DNA of 64,000 nucleotides from Nannocystales bacterium (GTDB taxonomy: Bacteria > Myxococcota_A > Polyangia > Nannocystales > Nannocystaceae). The notes beneath the pieces were generated by a model. The model was not told the origin of the DNA, did not search any database, and was given only the letters and a program-made list of their open reading frames with translations. The stretch is taken from assembly GCA_050633305.1 (NCBI GenBank), contig JBOEGF010000018.1:32001-96000 (forward strand), written 5' to 3'. The position numbers were made by a program, and so were the translations under genes. Each line of letters begins with the position of its first letter. Position 1 is the stretch's first letter. This document shows, piece after piece, positions 51,791-60,632 of the stretch.

Positions 51791-52609
51791 ATGGACCGCG
51801 CCGCCCTTGTCACGATGATTGCCTTGTGCGGCTGCAACCACGCCGCGGAGACGAGCCCTTCGAGCCACACCGCATCCACGCTCCCGCTGGTTGTGGCTCC
51901 AGCGGCGGCGCCCCGAGTCCGGGTGATGACGTTCAATGTGAACTTTGGCGTCGCGGATGCCATGGCGAATCTGGAGGCGATCGAGTCTTTGGACGCCGAT
52001 GTCGTGCTGCTGCAGGAGACGACGGCGGAGTCGGAGGACAGGTTCCGCGACGCGCTTTCGGACCGGTACCCGAACATTTTGTGGCAGGACTGCTGCAACG
52101 CGGGCGGTTTGGGCGTGCTCTCGAAGTACCCGATCGCATGGGACGAGTACCTCCAGCCGGACGCGGGATGGTTTCCCGGATGGTTGGTGGCCGTGCAGAC
52201 CCCAATCGGGGAGGTTCAGTTTCTCTATGTGCACCTTCGGCCGCCCGTGAGCGACTCGGGAAGCTGGGTGACCGGGCACTTCTCGACTCGGAAGATTCGG
52301 GCCCAGGAAATCGAGGGCTTCTGGACCGCGGTCGACACCGACGTCCCTGTGATCGTTGCGGGCGACTTCAACGAGGGGGCCGATGGACGCGCGGTGCAGT
52401 TTCTCGCGGACAAGGGCATGCGCAGCGCGCTGGTCCAGGTCAACCCCAAGGCCGACACCTGGCATTGGCCTCTGAAGGTCGGCGAGCTGTCCTCGATGCT
52501 GGATCACATCGTCTACGACGCACGGCTGTCGTTGCTCCGTGCCGACGTGCATGAACTCGGGCGTTCGGACCACTATCCCGTGGTCGCTGAGTTCGGGCTT
52601 GCCCCCTGA
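51791..52609 (+). CDS. EEP family protein (exported)
   Basis: MTFNV, DVVLLQE, LSKYP, HLRPP, AGDFN, LDHI, SDHYPV. Confidence 0.92.
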   Translation: MDRAALVTMIALCGCNHAAETSPSSHTASTLPLVVAPAAAPRVRVMTFNVNFGVADAMANLEAIESLDADVVLLQETTAESEDRFRDALSDRYPNILWQDCCNAGGLGVLSKYPIAWDEYLQPDAGWFPGWLVAVQTPIGEVQFLYVHLRPPVSDSGSWVTGHFSTRKIRAQEIEGFWTAVDTDVPVIVAGDFNEGADGRAVQFLADKGMRSALVQVNPKADTWHWPLKVGELSSMLDHIVYDARLSLLRADVHELGRSDHYPVVAEFGLAP

Positions 52610-52622
52610 TACGCTCGCCGGT

Positions 52623-54032
52623 ATGCGACGCGCAGCGCTTCTCCTGGTTGTCGGTCTAGGATGCGGGCGTTCGTTCGAGAGCTTGCCTCCTCCTCCAGTG
52701 CCTATCGAGGCGGTTGCGTCGGCCGAGCCGCAGCCCGAGGCGGAGACGACTCCGGTCTCCCGAGGACCGGCGGAGGTCGATGCCATGCTGGCCGAAATCG
52801 ATGCGTCGCGGATGGCCCAGAGCATTGAGATGCTGGTCGGCTTTGGGACACGGCATACCCTGTCGGTGACGGATGACCCTGCGCGAGGGATCGGCGCGGC
52901 GCGTGCTGGGCTCGCGGCCCGGCTGCGGGCTTCACCGCGGCTGGAGGTGACGATGGACATCCACAGGATTGAGCCCGACGGCCGTCGCGTCGACGCCCCG
53001 ACCGAGGTTGTGAACGTCGTGGCAACGCTGCCCGGGACGATGTCCGAGGCGGCAAAACGTCTGTACTACGTGATTGGCCACTACGATTCGCGGGTGACCG
53101 ACCCGATGAACCGCTCCGCCGACGCGCCGGGAGCCAACGACGATGGGTCCGGGACGGCGGTGGTGTTGGAGTTGGCCCGCGTCATGTCGCAACACAAGTA
53201 CGACGCGACCCTCGTCTTCATGGCGACCGCGGGAGAAGAGCAGGGCTTGCTGGGGGCACGGGCTCACGCGCAGGCGGCGAGCAAGGCAGGGCTCGATATT
53301 CGCGGGGTGTTGTCGAACGATATCGTCGGCGACCCGAGCGGCCCCAGCGGGTCGAGCTTCGACGGTGAGGTCCGGGTGTTCTCGATCGCGCTCGAGAACC
53401 CACTGGACGACACCGAGTTGGCCGCGCTGCGCACCCTGGCGGGCACCCACGATGGGGAGAGTCGGCAGCTCGCGCGGTTTGTGCACGCGGTCGGGCAGCA
53501 ACACGCACTCGCGGTTCAGGCGAAGCTCGTCTTTCGACGGGACCGGTTCCTTCGCGGTGGAGACCACACGGCGTTCAATGAGGCTGGATTTGCGGCGGTG
53601 CGCTTCAGCGAGGTGGAGGAGAACTACGACCGGCAACACCAGGACGTCCGAACCCAAGACGGGCGGAAGTATGGGGACTTGGCGGAGTTCGTGGACCCCG
53701 AGTACTTGGCGGGGGTCGCTCGTCTCAATGCGGCCACGCTGGCGCACCTGGCCAACGCCCCTTCGATGCCCGCCAACGCACGGATCGTGGCCGCAGGGCT
53801 GAGCCACGACACCAACCTGCGTTGGGAGCCCAGCCCCGAGCCGGATGTCGCTGGGTATGAACTCGTCTGGCGAGAGACGACGGCGCCGCAGTGGAGTGGG
53901 GTGAAGGACGTGGGAGTGGCGGTGGATGTCACCGTGCCGATGTCCAAGGACAATGTGTTCTTCGGCGTACGAGCCTACGACGCGCAGGGGTATCGGAGTC
54001 CGGTGAGGTTCATGAGCGTGGCCCGGGAGTAG
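52623..54032 (+). CDS. M28 family metallopeptidase lipoprotein with Fn3-like C-terminus
   Basis: GHYDS, GANDDGSG, GEEQGLLG, NDIVG, GGDH, RQH. Confidence 0.92.
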   Translation: MRRAALLLVVGLGCGRSFESLPPPPVPIEAVASAEPQPEAETTPVSRGPAEVDAMLAEIDASRMAQSIEMLVGFGTRHTLSVTDDPARGIGAARAGLAARLRASPRLEVTMDIHRIEPDGRRVDAPTEVVNVVATLPGTMSEAAKRLYYVIGHYDSRVTDPMNRSADAPGANDDGSGTAVVLELARVMSQHKYDATLVFMATAGEEQGLLGARAHAQAASKAGLDIRGVLSNDIVGDPSGPSGSSFDGEVRVFSIALENPLDDTELAALRTLAGTHDGESRQLARFVHAVGQQHALAVQAKLVFRRDRFLRGGDHTAFNEAGFAAVRFSEVEENYDRQHQDVRTQDGRKYGDLAEFVDPEYLAGVARLNAATLAHLANAPSMPANARIVAAGLSHDTNLRWEPSPEPDVAGYELVWRETTAPQWSGVKDVGVAVDVTVPMSKDNVFFGVRAYDAQGYRSPVRFMSVARE

Positions 54033-54187
54033 GGATCTCGGAGGGACTGCCTGCGCTCAGATCCCTGGCCAGTCGGTCCAGCCGTCGCAGGAGTGCCTTG
54101 TACTCGGCGAGCCGCCGCAGGCGACGCCGAGTACAAGGATCAGCGCAGGGGCGAGCTTGTCACTGCGGGCTGTGTACGCAGATCCCT
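54031..54187. repeat. Nested inverted-repeat element between convergent genes
   Basis: Perfect 14-bp IR CCTTGTACTCGGCG (54096-54109)/CGCCGAGTACAAGG (54125-54138). Outer 8-bp IR AGGGATCT (54031)/AGATCCCT (54180). Confidence 0.6.
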
Positions 54188-56214
54188 CAGGCCGCGCGCC
54201 GTCGACGGCGACGAAGGCGGAACGTTCCGAACAGCAGCAGGGACAAGAGGCCTGAGCCGATCCCGCTGGCTGACCCCGTGCTGCTGCAGCCACCACGGGT
54301 ACCCGGTTGAGGGCCGTCGTCGACGGCGGTCGCGGTCTCGCCGTAGACCTCCTCGCAGGTCGGGGGGTCCGGGATCTCGAAGCGGTCCGCGGAGGGCGTT
54401 GAACTCTCACACATCACGCCATGGATGCCGTCGCGGTCGGCTTCGATCAGCCAGCCACTGTCGCCACATGCCGGTGGCGCCGGAGCACAGACTTCGAGTT
54501 CCTGAAGCGGTCCGGTGTAGTTGCGTGCCCCGCTATCCCCGACCGGGTTCGTGTCGCCCTCGCAGGTGACGGACCCAAGCGTGTCATCGATCAGCGCCGA
54601 GTCCCCGCTCCCACAATCACAAGTCGGGAAGCCTCCCACGGCGACGCAATCCCCCGTGCCGCAGTCGTAGCCGTCGCAGACGTCGGGAAGCTCGGTGGTC
54701 AGCCCGAGATCGACGGTCCCGACTGCGGGCACGCAGGTGACCGACTCGGCGCCGTCATAGTCGGTGAAGCTCTTGGCGACGAACCCGTCGTTGCAGTCGC
54801 AGCCGGCCTTTCCGGATGCTCCGACGACACACGACCCCTCGCCGCAGTACATCGCGGTGCATTCTTGTTGACGCAAGTTCTCGGCGTACGCGTCCTGGTC
54901 GATCACGTCGGTGTCGCAGCCAAGCAGCGAGTACTCGAGTCCTTCGAGCCGCAGCGCACCCTGGGCCTCAGCGGGCGCACCAACGCCTTCAAACATCGGG
55001 TCGAAGGTCATCTCCTCCGGGGACAGCCGGGTCGTGAGACGTGTGAGCACGGTGTACTCCTCCGCGAGCCGGTTGGTGAGTTCGATGCTCTCCAGAAGAC
55101 CTTCGACGCTCGCACAATCCCCCGCGTCCCATTCGGAGTCCGGGCACTGACACTGCGTATCGTCGGCGATGCCGCACCAGTCGCTGCTTCCACAGCATCC
55201 GCTCTCATCGGAGAAACCTGGGCGAACCGGAGCGCCTTCGTACTCGCGAACGAACGCGTCTCCTCCCGCTTCGTCGATCGACGCGGCGAGGACCATCGGG
55301 TAGTTGTTGCGGCCTGATGGGTCTCGGGCGATGCGGGCGGCATCGAGTTGGGCCAGAGGGTGACCCACCGGCGCGTAAGACTCGTCCGAGTAGATGAACG
55401 CGGACACGGTCATGTGGGGCTCGGCCGCGACCGCGGTGAGTTGCAGCGGAATCATGGGCTGCGTCCCCGCGTAGGTGATCTTCAGCGGCTTGATGGAGTC
55501 CACGCCGGCGCCGGCGACCAGCTTGGCGGCGACGAAGACCATGCCTCCATCGATGTAGGGCTGCATGTAGGGGGTCATCGTCTCGTTGACGATGAAGCCG
55601 TTCTCTTGCAACCAGTCGACGGCGAGGGCCGCGTCGTCCGCACTGAATGTCACGGTTTCGTAGTCCCCGACCGTCTGCATGTCGATGACGTCGACACCGC
55701 CAGGAGGCTCACCCGTGCCTTCCCCGTCTCCGTCCGTACCCCCCGGGCCTCCGTCGTCCCAGGTGTCATTCTCTCCTTCGCCGGGGACGTCACACTCGGG
55801 TGCGGGGTGGTACTCGCACGTGAACTCGGGGACGGGGCACAGGGACTCGTATCCGGCGAATGCGATGGGCGCAGTGCCCTCGTCGACCAGGCCGAATGCG
55901 ATGGTGTGGGAGATCTCCAGCTCCGGGACATTGGGCACTGGGACAATCCAAGCGAACTGCTCCGGATCACCCGCGTAGCGGATCTGTACGTGCGCGCTGA
56001 CCGTCTCTTCGCCCACCTCGAAGATGATCTGCTCGGCCTGCTGATTGACCGCGAAGTTGTTGGTATCGAGGGCGACTGGATCGGGCGGAGAGAGACAACC
56101 ACACGCCTCGGCGCGGGAGGGGGTGAGGGCGGCGGTGGAGAACACGAGCGCGGCGACGCAGAGCGCACTGGCACCCGCCGCGGTCGTTGAACGACGCAAC
56201 ATTCTAAGATTCAT
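54187..56214 (-). CDS. DUF2330 domain protein with EGF-like Cys-rich modules and MYXO-CTERM anchor
   Basis: AEACGC, QQAEQIIF, FAWIVPVP, WLQENG, PMIPLQLT, LTRLTT; C-terminal GGCS-TM-RRRRRR. Confidence 0.9.
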   Translation of the reverse strand: MNLRMLRRSTTAAGASALCVAALVFSTAALTPSRAEACGCLSPPDPVALDTNNFAVNQQAEQIIFEVGEETVSAHVQIRYAGDPEQFAWIVPVPNVPELEISHTIAFGLVDEGTAPIAFAGYESLCPVPEFTCEYHPAPECDVPGEGENDTWDDGGPGGTDGDGEGTGEPPGGVDVIDMQTVGDYETVTFSADDAALAVDWLQENGFIVNETMTPYMQPYIDGGMVFVAAKLVAGAGVDSIKPLKITYAGTQPMIPLQLTAVAAEPHMTVSAFIYSDESYAPVGHPLAQLDAARIARDPSGRNNYPMVLAASIDEAGGDAFVREYEGAPVRPGFSDESGCCGSSDWCGIADDTQCQCPDSEWDAGDCASVEGLLESIELTNRLAEEYTVLTRLTTRLSPEEMTFDPMFEGVGAPAEAQGALRLEGLEYSLLGCDTDVIDQDAYAENLRQQECTAMYCGEGSCVVGASGKAGCDCNDGFVAKSFTDYDGAESVTCVPAVGTVDLGLTTELPDVCDGYDCGTGDCVAVGGFPTCDCGSGDSALIDDTLGSVTCEGDTNPVGDSGARNYTGPLQELEVCAPAPPACGDSGWLIEADRDGIHGVMCESSTPSADRFEIPDPPTCEEVYGETATAVDDGPQPGTRGGCSSTGSASGIGSGLLSLLLFGTFRLRRRRRRAA

Positions 56215-56501
56215 CGGTTTTTATCCAAAGCCCACGTTGGGCAGTTCAAGACAAGCCATACGACACCCAAGTGTGCCGTGAAACGAGCCTAACACACCGA
56301 AGTGCCAGTGGCAGTGCGCGGGTGTCATGACGGGACAGCGAAAGGTCGGCCCGGGTTTCGCCCCGGTTGCAAGGCCGGGCCCGCGCGGCGCTCAGTCCGA
56401 GGACACCCGAGGACGCGCCGGAACCGCGTTGCGTACAGGCGCTCGCTCTTCCGGGTGTCGCGGGAACAGAGCGACGGGAGGGCATGTATAGTTGAACGAC
56501 G

Positions 56502-56744
56502 ATGCTCTTGACCGTGTTGTTTTCCATCGCCGCAGCGGGCGGAGCCTACGCCGTCGCCAAGAAGAAGCGGACGAACAGCGGCTCTGCTGCGGCCGTGGGC
56601 ATCGCAGCGGGAGCGGGCACCGGCGCTGCGATCACACTGTTCGCGGCGACGTGGCCGCTGTTGTTCTTGTTCGGATTCCCCGCTGCCGCCGTCTACTACT
56701 ACGGCAAGGCGAAGGGGCAAAAAGCCATCGGCCCCGGTCGCTGA
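56502..56744 (+). CDS. Small membrane protein
   Basis: Two to three hydrophobic segments, coding-like codon use, TATAGT upstream. Confidence 0.7.
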   Translation: MLLTVLFSIAAAGGAYAVAKKKRTNSGSAAAVGIAAGAGTGAAITLFAATWPLLFLFGFPAAAVYYYGKAKGQKAIGPGR

Positions 56745-56745
56745 C

Positions 56746-57708
56746 TCACCCGCGCCAGGACCACAGGTCCGAGCTCCAGGCCAGCGTTCGCGCTCCGGTC
56801 TCGAGTTCGAAGACTTCGACCGTGACGCCGTGACTCTCGGCGGTGAAGACGGCGAGCCCGCGTGGGTTCGACTGGGCCATCACGCCGGGCTTGGCGGGCG
56901 GATCCTCGAGCACCACCATCTGAACGATCATGTAGCCGCGCCCATTGAGCACCTTGCGGTCGGCGGCACAGACCTCGGTGGTCCATCGCTGCGCGCCATC
57001 GCTGCCCACTGCGCGCAGCGGGAATCGAAAGCCACCCGAGCCTGGCTCGAACATCGCGACGTAGAGCGTCGTCCCGGCACGAGCCCGAGTCACTTCGATC
57101 GCAGTGCCCGGCGAGGCCGGTATCGGGCCCAGTTCGACGCGTGCGCTCGAGAGGTCGTATGCCAGCGTCCCGCCGGACTCGACGAGCGGGGAGGTGCCGC
57201 GAATGAGCACGCCACCGGGGCCGCGCTTCAGCTCGCCTCGGCGGTCGCCGTGTCCGCTTTGTGCAATCTGTAAATCGTACGCTGTCGTGGTGCCGTCGCC
57301 CCCACGCGCGGACTTGAGCGTGTCCACCCACCACTGCGGTGGCGCCATCCGAAGTGCCGCGCTGAACCGAGGGAGCATGTTGTCGACGGCTGCTTCCTCG
57401 ATTCGTCCGTTGTGATCGAAGCGCCGCTGAGCCTCCCATTGTGCGAGTAGAGCTGCGCTTGGCGGAGCGTGGTCCGGGCTCAACGAGCTGAGAGCCGCCG
57501 CGCCGCGTTGCATCAACGCTGGCCCATCACAGCGAAGCGCTTCGGCTTCGACCTCGGGCGCGTTCGCGCCAGGTTCGGGCGTGTCTTCATCAGGAGCGGG
57601 CATCGGCGACGGCGGCTGGGAGACTGCCGGTTCGGATCCCGCATCGGTCTTTGGCTCAGTGCCGGCGCACCCGGAGAGCAGGACCATCGCGAGGCTCAGC
57701 CGGTTCAC
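56746..57708 (-). CDS. Hypothetical lipoprotein
   Basis: Lipobox LLSGC and Pro-rich linker. Confidence 0.75.
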   Translation of the reverse strand: MNRLSLAMVLLSGCAGTEPKTDAGSEPAVSQPPSPMPAPDEDTPEPGANAPEVEAEALRCDGPALMQRGAAALSSLSPDHAPPSAALLAQWEAQRRFDHNGRIEEAAVDNMLPRFSAALRMAPPQWWVDTLKSARGGDGTTTAYDLQIAQSGHGDRRGELKRGPGGVLIRGTSPLVESGGTLAYDLSSARVELGPIPASPGTAIEVTRARAGTTLYVAMFEPGSGGFRFPLRAVGSDGAQRWTTEVCAADRKVLNGRGYMIVQMVVLEDPPAKPGVMAQSNPRGLAVFTAESHGVTVEVFELETGARTLAWSSDLWSWRG

Positions 57709-57891
57709 AACACGAAGATAACATCAGCACGGATCCTCGTTGCAGTGGCTGACCCTGCACCGATCCCATTGGTCGCCGTTCTCCGGTGCCTCGAACTCTT
57801 GAAAGCAAGGGTCCGCCGCAACGAGGGACGTCTCGTCGCGGCCGTGCTCTCGAACGAGTGTGACGTCGAAGCCAGGATCCCCACCTGGGCA

Positions 57892-59301
57892 CTACTGGCT
57901 CTCGGTGAAGAAGAACCCGACCAAGCACATCTCGTCTTGGGTTCCGAAGCCGGCCTGGAGTGGGTCGGTCTCGGCGCTGGTATCGAAGTCGCACTCCACG
58001 TGGAGACTGTCGGTGTCACGGACGGTCACGGGCTCGTCGTAGAAGTAGGTCCGCTGCCAGTTGTAGTCGTAGCGGTCCACGTCGGCCGCACACTCCATGC
58101 CGTCAGCACGCTCGAACTCCACGGCCATCTTGCGCCCGTGCTCGTGCATGTGGGGCAGGACGCCCAGGACGTCGATCGAGTCGAAGTCGTACCCGTCAAA
58201 CGCGAACATCTCCCGGAACGTCGCGTTCCAGTTGTATTTCACGCTCTCCATGCCCGGCTCGAGCGTCTCGCCGCCCCCGCCAAAGGACTGGAACAAGAAG
58301 GGGTCCCACAAGACCTGGAAGCCTTCTTGCTCCACCTCATCGGCCCACTTCAGACGGACCTTGGACGCGTCGATGCCCCCACCTTCGTCGAGCAGGTTGT
58401 AGTGCATCTGGACGACCATCAAGTCGCCCGGGGCGAACCGAACCCCGACCCCCTCGGGGTAGTTGAGGGCGCCTTGTCCCGGGGCCCAGGTCACCGGTAC
58501 CCCTTGCGGAAGAATGCCATCCCCGGCAGCGCCGTAGCAGGGCCAGCCGGGTTTGTCGTCGAGGCCTTCGAGGACGTTGATCGCAGCCGTGTTGTTGAGG
58601 AACTCAGGGTCCACCCGGAAGCCCAGCACGTGGTGGACGAGTTCGTCGTTGTCGGGGAGCACGTCATAGCCGACGAGGTAGCGGTCTTGCTCGAGGCCCA
58701 GCTCGATCGGGAAGCAGCGGTAGTCGTCGAGGGCGAAGCCGAGGTCTTCTTGGGTGCCGGGCTCGTACTCGGGAATGGTGACCACCTCGGTCTCCCCCTC
58801 GAGGGTGGGGAGGGTGGGGGGCTCGGGAGCTTCCAGTGTGTCGTCGCCCGCAACCATGCCACCGTCGACCCACGCGGAGATGGTTGCGATCTCGTCGTCG
58901 GTCAACCAGCGGGCGTCGTCGAAGTCTTGGCAGCTTCCGTCGGCACGGACGCCGTACGGGGGCATCGTCCGGGCCTCGACCACGACCTTGATTGCGGCGG
59001 CAAGACCGGCGACCTCGTCGTAGGTGTCGAGCCGGAACGGCGCGATCGAACCCTCGGTGTGGCAAGAGACGCAGTGCTGGGCGAGCAAGGGGCGGACGTC
59101 CTCGTAGTAGTCGACATCCGATGCCGCGCCGCTGGAGCTCTCGTCCGCGGCACCCGAGCTCCCGCTCTCAGACCCGTGTGCGCCGGTCGTCGCAGCGGCG
59201 TCTGTCTCGCCTTCGGCAGCCGGGGCGGGTTCGTCGGTTCCGCAACCAACCGGAAGAGCGAGGGACAGGAGCAAGCAAGTGGAGTAGGCGCGAACGGTCA
59301 T
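57892..59301 (-). CDS. Copper type II ascorbate-dependent monooxygenase-like lipoprotein with heme c motif
   Basis: Lipobox PVGC, CVSCH...MPP, DDYRCF, VHHVL, QMHY, PHMH, DEMC. Confidence 0.9.
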   Translation of the reverse strand: MTVRAYSTCLLLSLALPVGCGTDEPAPAAEGETDAAATTGAHGSESGSSGAADESSSGAASDVDYYEDVRPLLAQHCVSCHTEGSIAPFRLDTYDEVAGLAAAIKVVVEARTMPPYGVRADGSCQDFDDARWLTDDEIATISAWVDGGMVAGDDTLEAPEPPTLPTLEGETEVVTIPEYEPGTQEDLGFALDDYRCFPIELGLEQDRYLVGYDVLPDNDELVHHVLGFRVDPEFLNNTAAINVLEGLDDKPGWPCYGAAGDGILPQGVPVTWAPGQGALNYPEGVGVRFAPGDLMVVQMHYNLLDEGGGIDASKVRLKWADEVEQEGFQVLWDPFLFQSFGGGGETLEPGMESVKYNWNATFREMFAFDGYDFDSIDVLGVLPHMHEHGRKMAVEFERADGMECAADVDRYDYNWQRTYFYDEPVTVRDTDSLHVECDFDTSAETDPLQAGFGTQDEMCLVGFFFTESQ

Positions 59302-59487
59302 CGACTTCCCGGTAGGTTTCCCCGCCGGGAGTATGCGCCTGCTCGGCTGTCGCGCCAAGGGACCTGACACTGAGGCGCGTTCGTCGCCGCTCGGCACGGA
59401 CGGATCGGGGTCGTTGCGTGCCGCGGGGCAGTGCGTTCCGGGGTTTGGGGGGATGCGGGCCGCCGAACCGTTCCTACACTCGACAGC

Positions 59488-60507
59488 ATGATTCTGGAGT
59501 CCGTACCCCTCGGGTTTCCGTGGCCCACGCTCGACCCGTTTCTCTTCTGCGCCTACCACCTCGACGAGTATCCCGCGGGCAACGAGTCGATGGGCCCCGA
59601 TCCGGCGCTGCTCGAGGGACGAAGGATCGGCAGCGACTTCGAGGTCCGCGACGGCTGGCGCATGTATCACGGAGACGTCGTGCCCGGATTCCCACGGCAT
59701 CCGCATCGAGGGTTCGAGACCGTCACGGTCGCGCGTCAGGGGTTGCTTGACCACTCGGACTCCTTGGGCGCCACCGCGCGCTTCGGTCGGGGTGACTGTC
59801 AGTGGATGACCGCCGGCAGTGGGATCGTGCACTCGGAGATGTTCCCGCTCATCGATCGGGAGTCCGGCAACACGGCGGAACTCTTCCAGCTATGGCTCAA
59901 TCTTCCGGCCAAGAACAAGATGGTCGACCCGGCGTTCAAGATGCTGTGGGCGGCCGAGATCCCCAAGGTGACGCTTCGTGATGACGACGGTCGGGAGACG
60001 TTGGTGACGGTCAACGCCGGCAGCCTCGAAGGGCACGCTGCACCCGCGCCCCCACCCAATTCCTGGGCGTCGCAGCCGGGCTCTCATGTCGCCATCTGGA
60101 CGGTGGAGATGCAGCCGGGTGCTCACGTGACCCTGCCACCGGCACCGAAGGAAGCGCATCGGATGATCTACTTCCATCGCGGGCAGCGTCTCGGGGTTGG
60201 GGAGGGGGCGCTCGATGTCAACAATGCCGCACTCGTTCAGTCGGACGCTCCACTGGTGCTTCACAATCTTGGTGATGTCCCTGCCGATATCCTGCTGCTC
60301 CAGGGACGGCCGATCGGAGAACCAGTCGCGCAACACGGTCCGTTTGTCATGAACACTCGCGCCGAGATCGAGCAGGCGTTCGCCGACTATCGACGAACCC
60401 AGTTCGGGGGCTGGCCGTGGAAGCACGATGCTCCGGTCCACGAGCGCGGCCAGCGACGGTTTGCGATGCATGCCGACGGCCGGCGAGAAGACGCCCCCGC
60501 CGGGTAG
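59488..60507 (+). CDS. Pirin family protein
   Basis: DPFLF, HPHRGFETVT, HSDSLG, WMTAGSGIVHSE, QLWLNLP, GPFVMNT. Confidence 0.95.
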   Translation: MILESVPLGFPWPTLDPFLFCAYHLDEYPAGNESMGPDPALLEGRRIGSDFEVRDGWRMYHGDVVPGFPRHPHRGFETVTVARQGLLDHSDSLGATARFGRGDCQWMTAGSGIVHSEMFPLIDRESGNTAELFQLWLNLPAKNKMVDPAFKMLWAAEIPKVTLRDDDGRETLVTVNAGSLEGHAAPAPPPNSWASQPGSHVAIWTVEMQPGAHVTLPPAPKEAHRMIYFHRGQRLGVGEGALDVNNAALVQSDAPLVLHNLGDVPADILLLQGRPIGEPVAQHGPFVMNTRAEIEQAFADYRRTQFGGWPWKHDAPVHERGQRRFAMHADGRREDAPAG

Positions 60508-60579
60508 TGCGGCCCAGTGGCCAGCGAATTCGGAACGATGCGTCACATACTCCGCCGTCGCCCGCGGGGCTAAGGGGCA

Positions 60580-60604
60580 GTGTCAGGCCGTGTGTGCCTG
60601 ACAC
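60580..60604. promoter_or_regulatory. Perfect 9-bp inverted repeat (possible operator) upstream of the PNGase F-like gene
   Basis: GTGTCAGGC-N7-GCCTGACAC overlapping the -35 region of a TATTCT box. Confidence 0.4.
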
Positions 60605-60632
60605 CGGCCCATCAGCTGTCTATTCTCCGCGT

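Noticed and set aside
56215..56330. 6S RNA-like or cobalamin riboswitch-like fragments (CCCAC..GTTCAAG; GCCACTG)
   Set aside because: The other conserved elements and the long-range pairing are missing.
57860..57890. tmRNA-like 5' end (GGGGATCCTGGCTTCGACG, minus strand)
   Set aside because: No matching T-arm and CCA 3' end at the expected distance; that region is coding.
57469..59367. 632-aa plus-strand ORF (likewise 18913..20244, 20244..21410, 49762..51330)
   Set aside because: Antisense shadows of genes with recognisable motifs.
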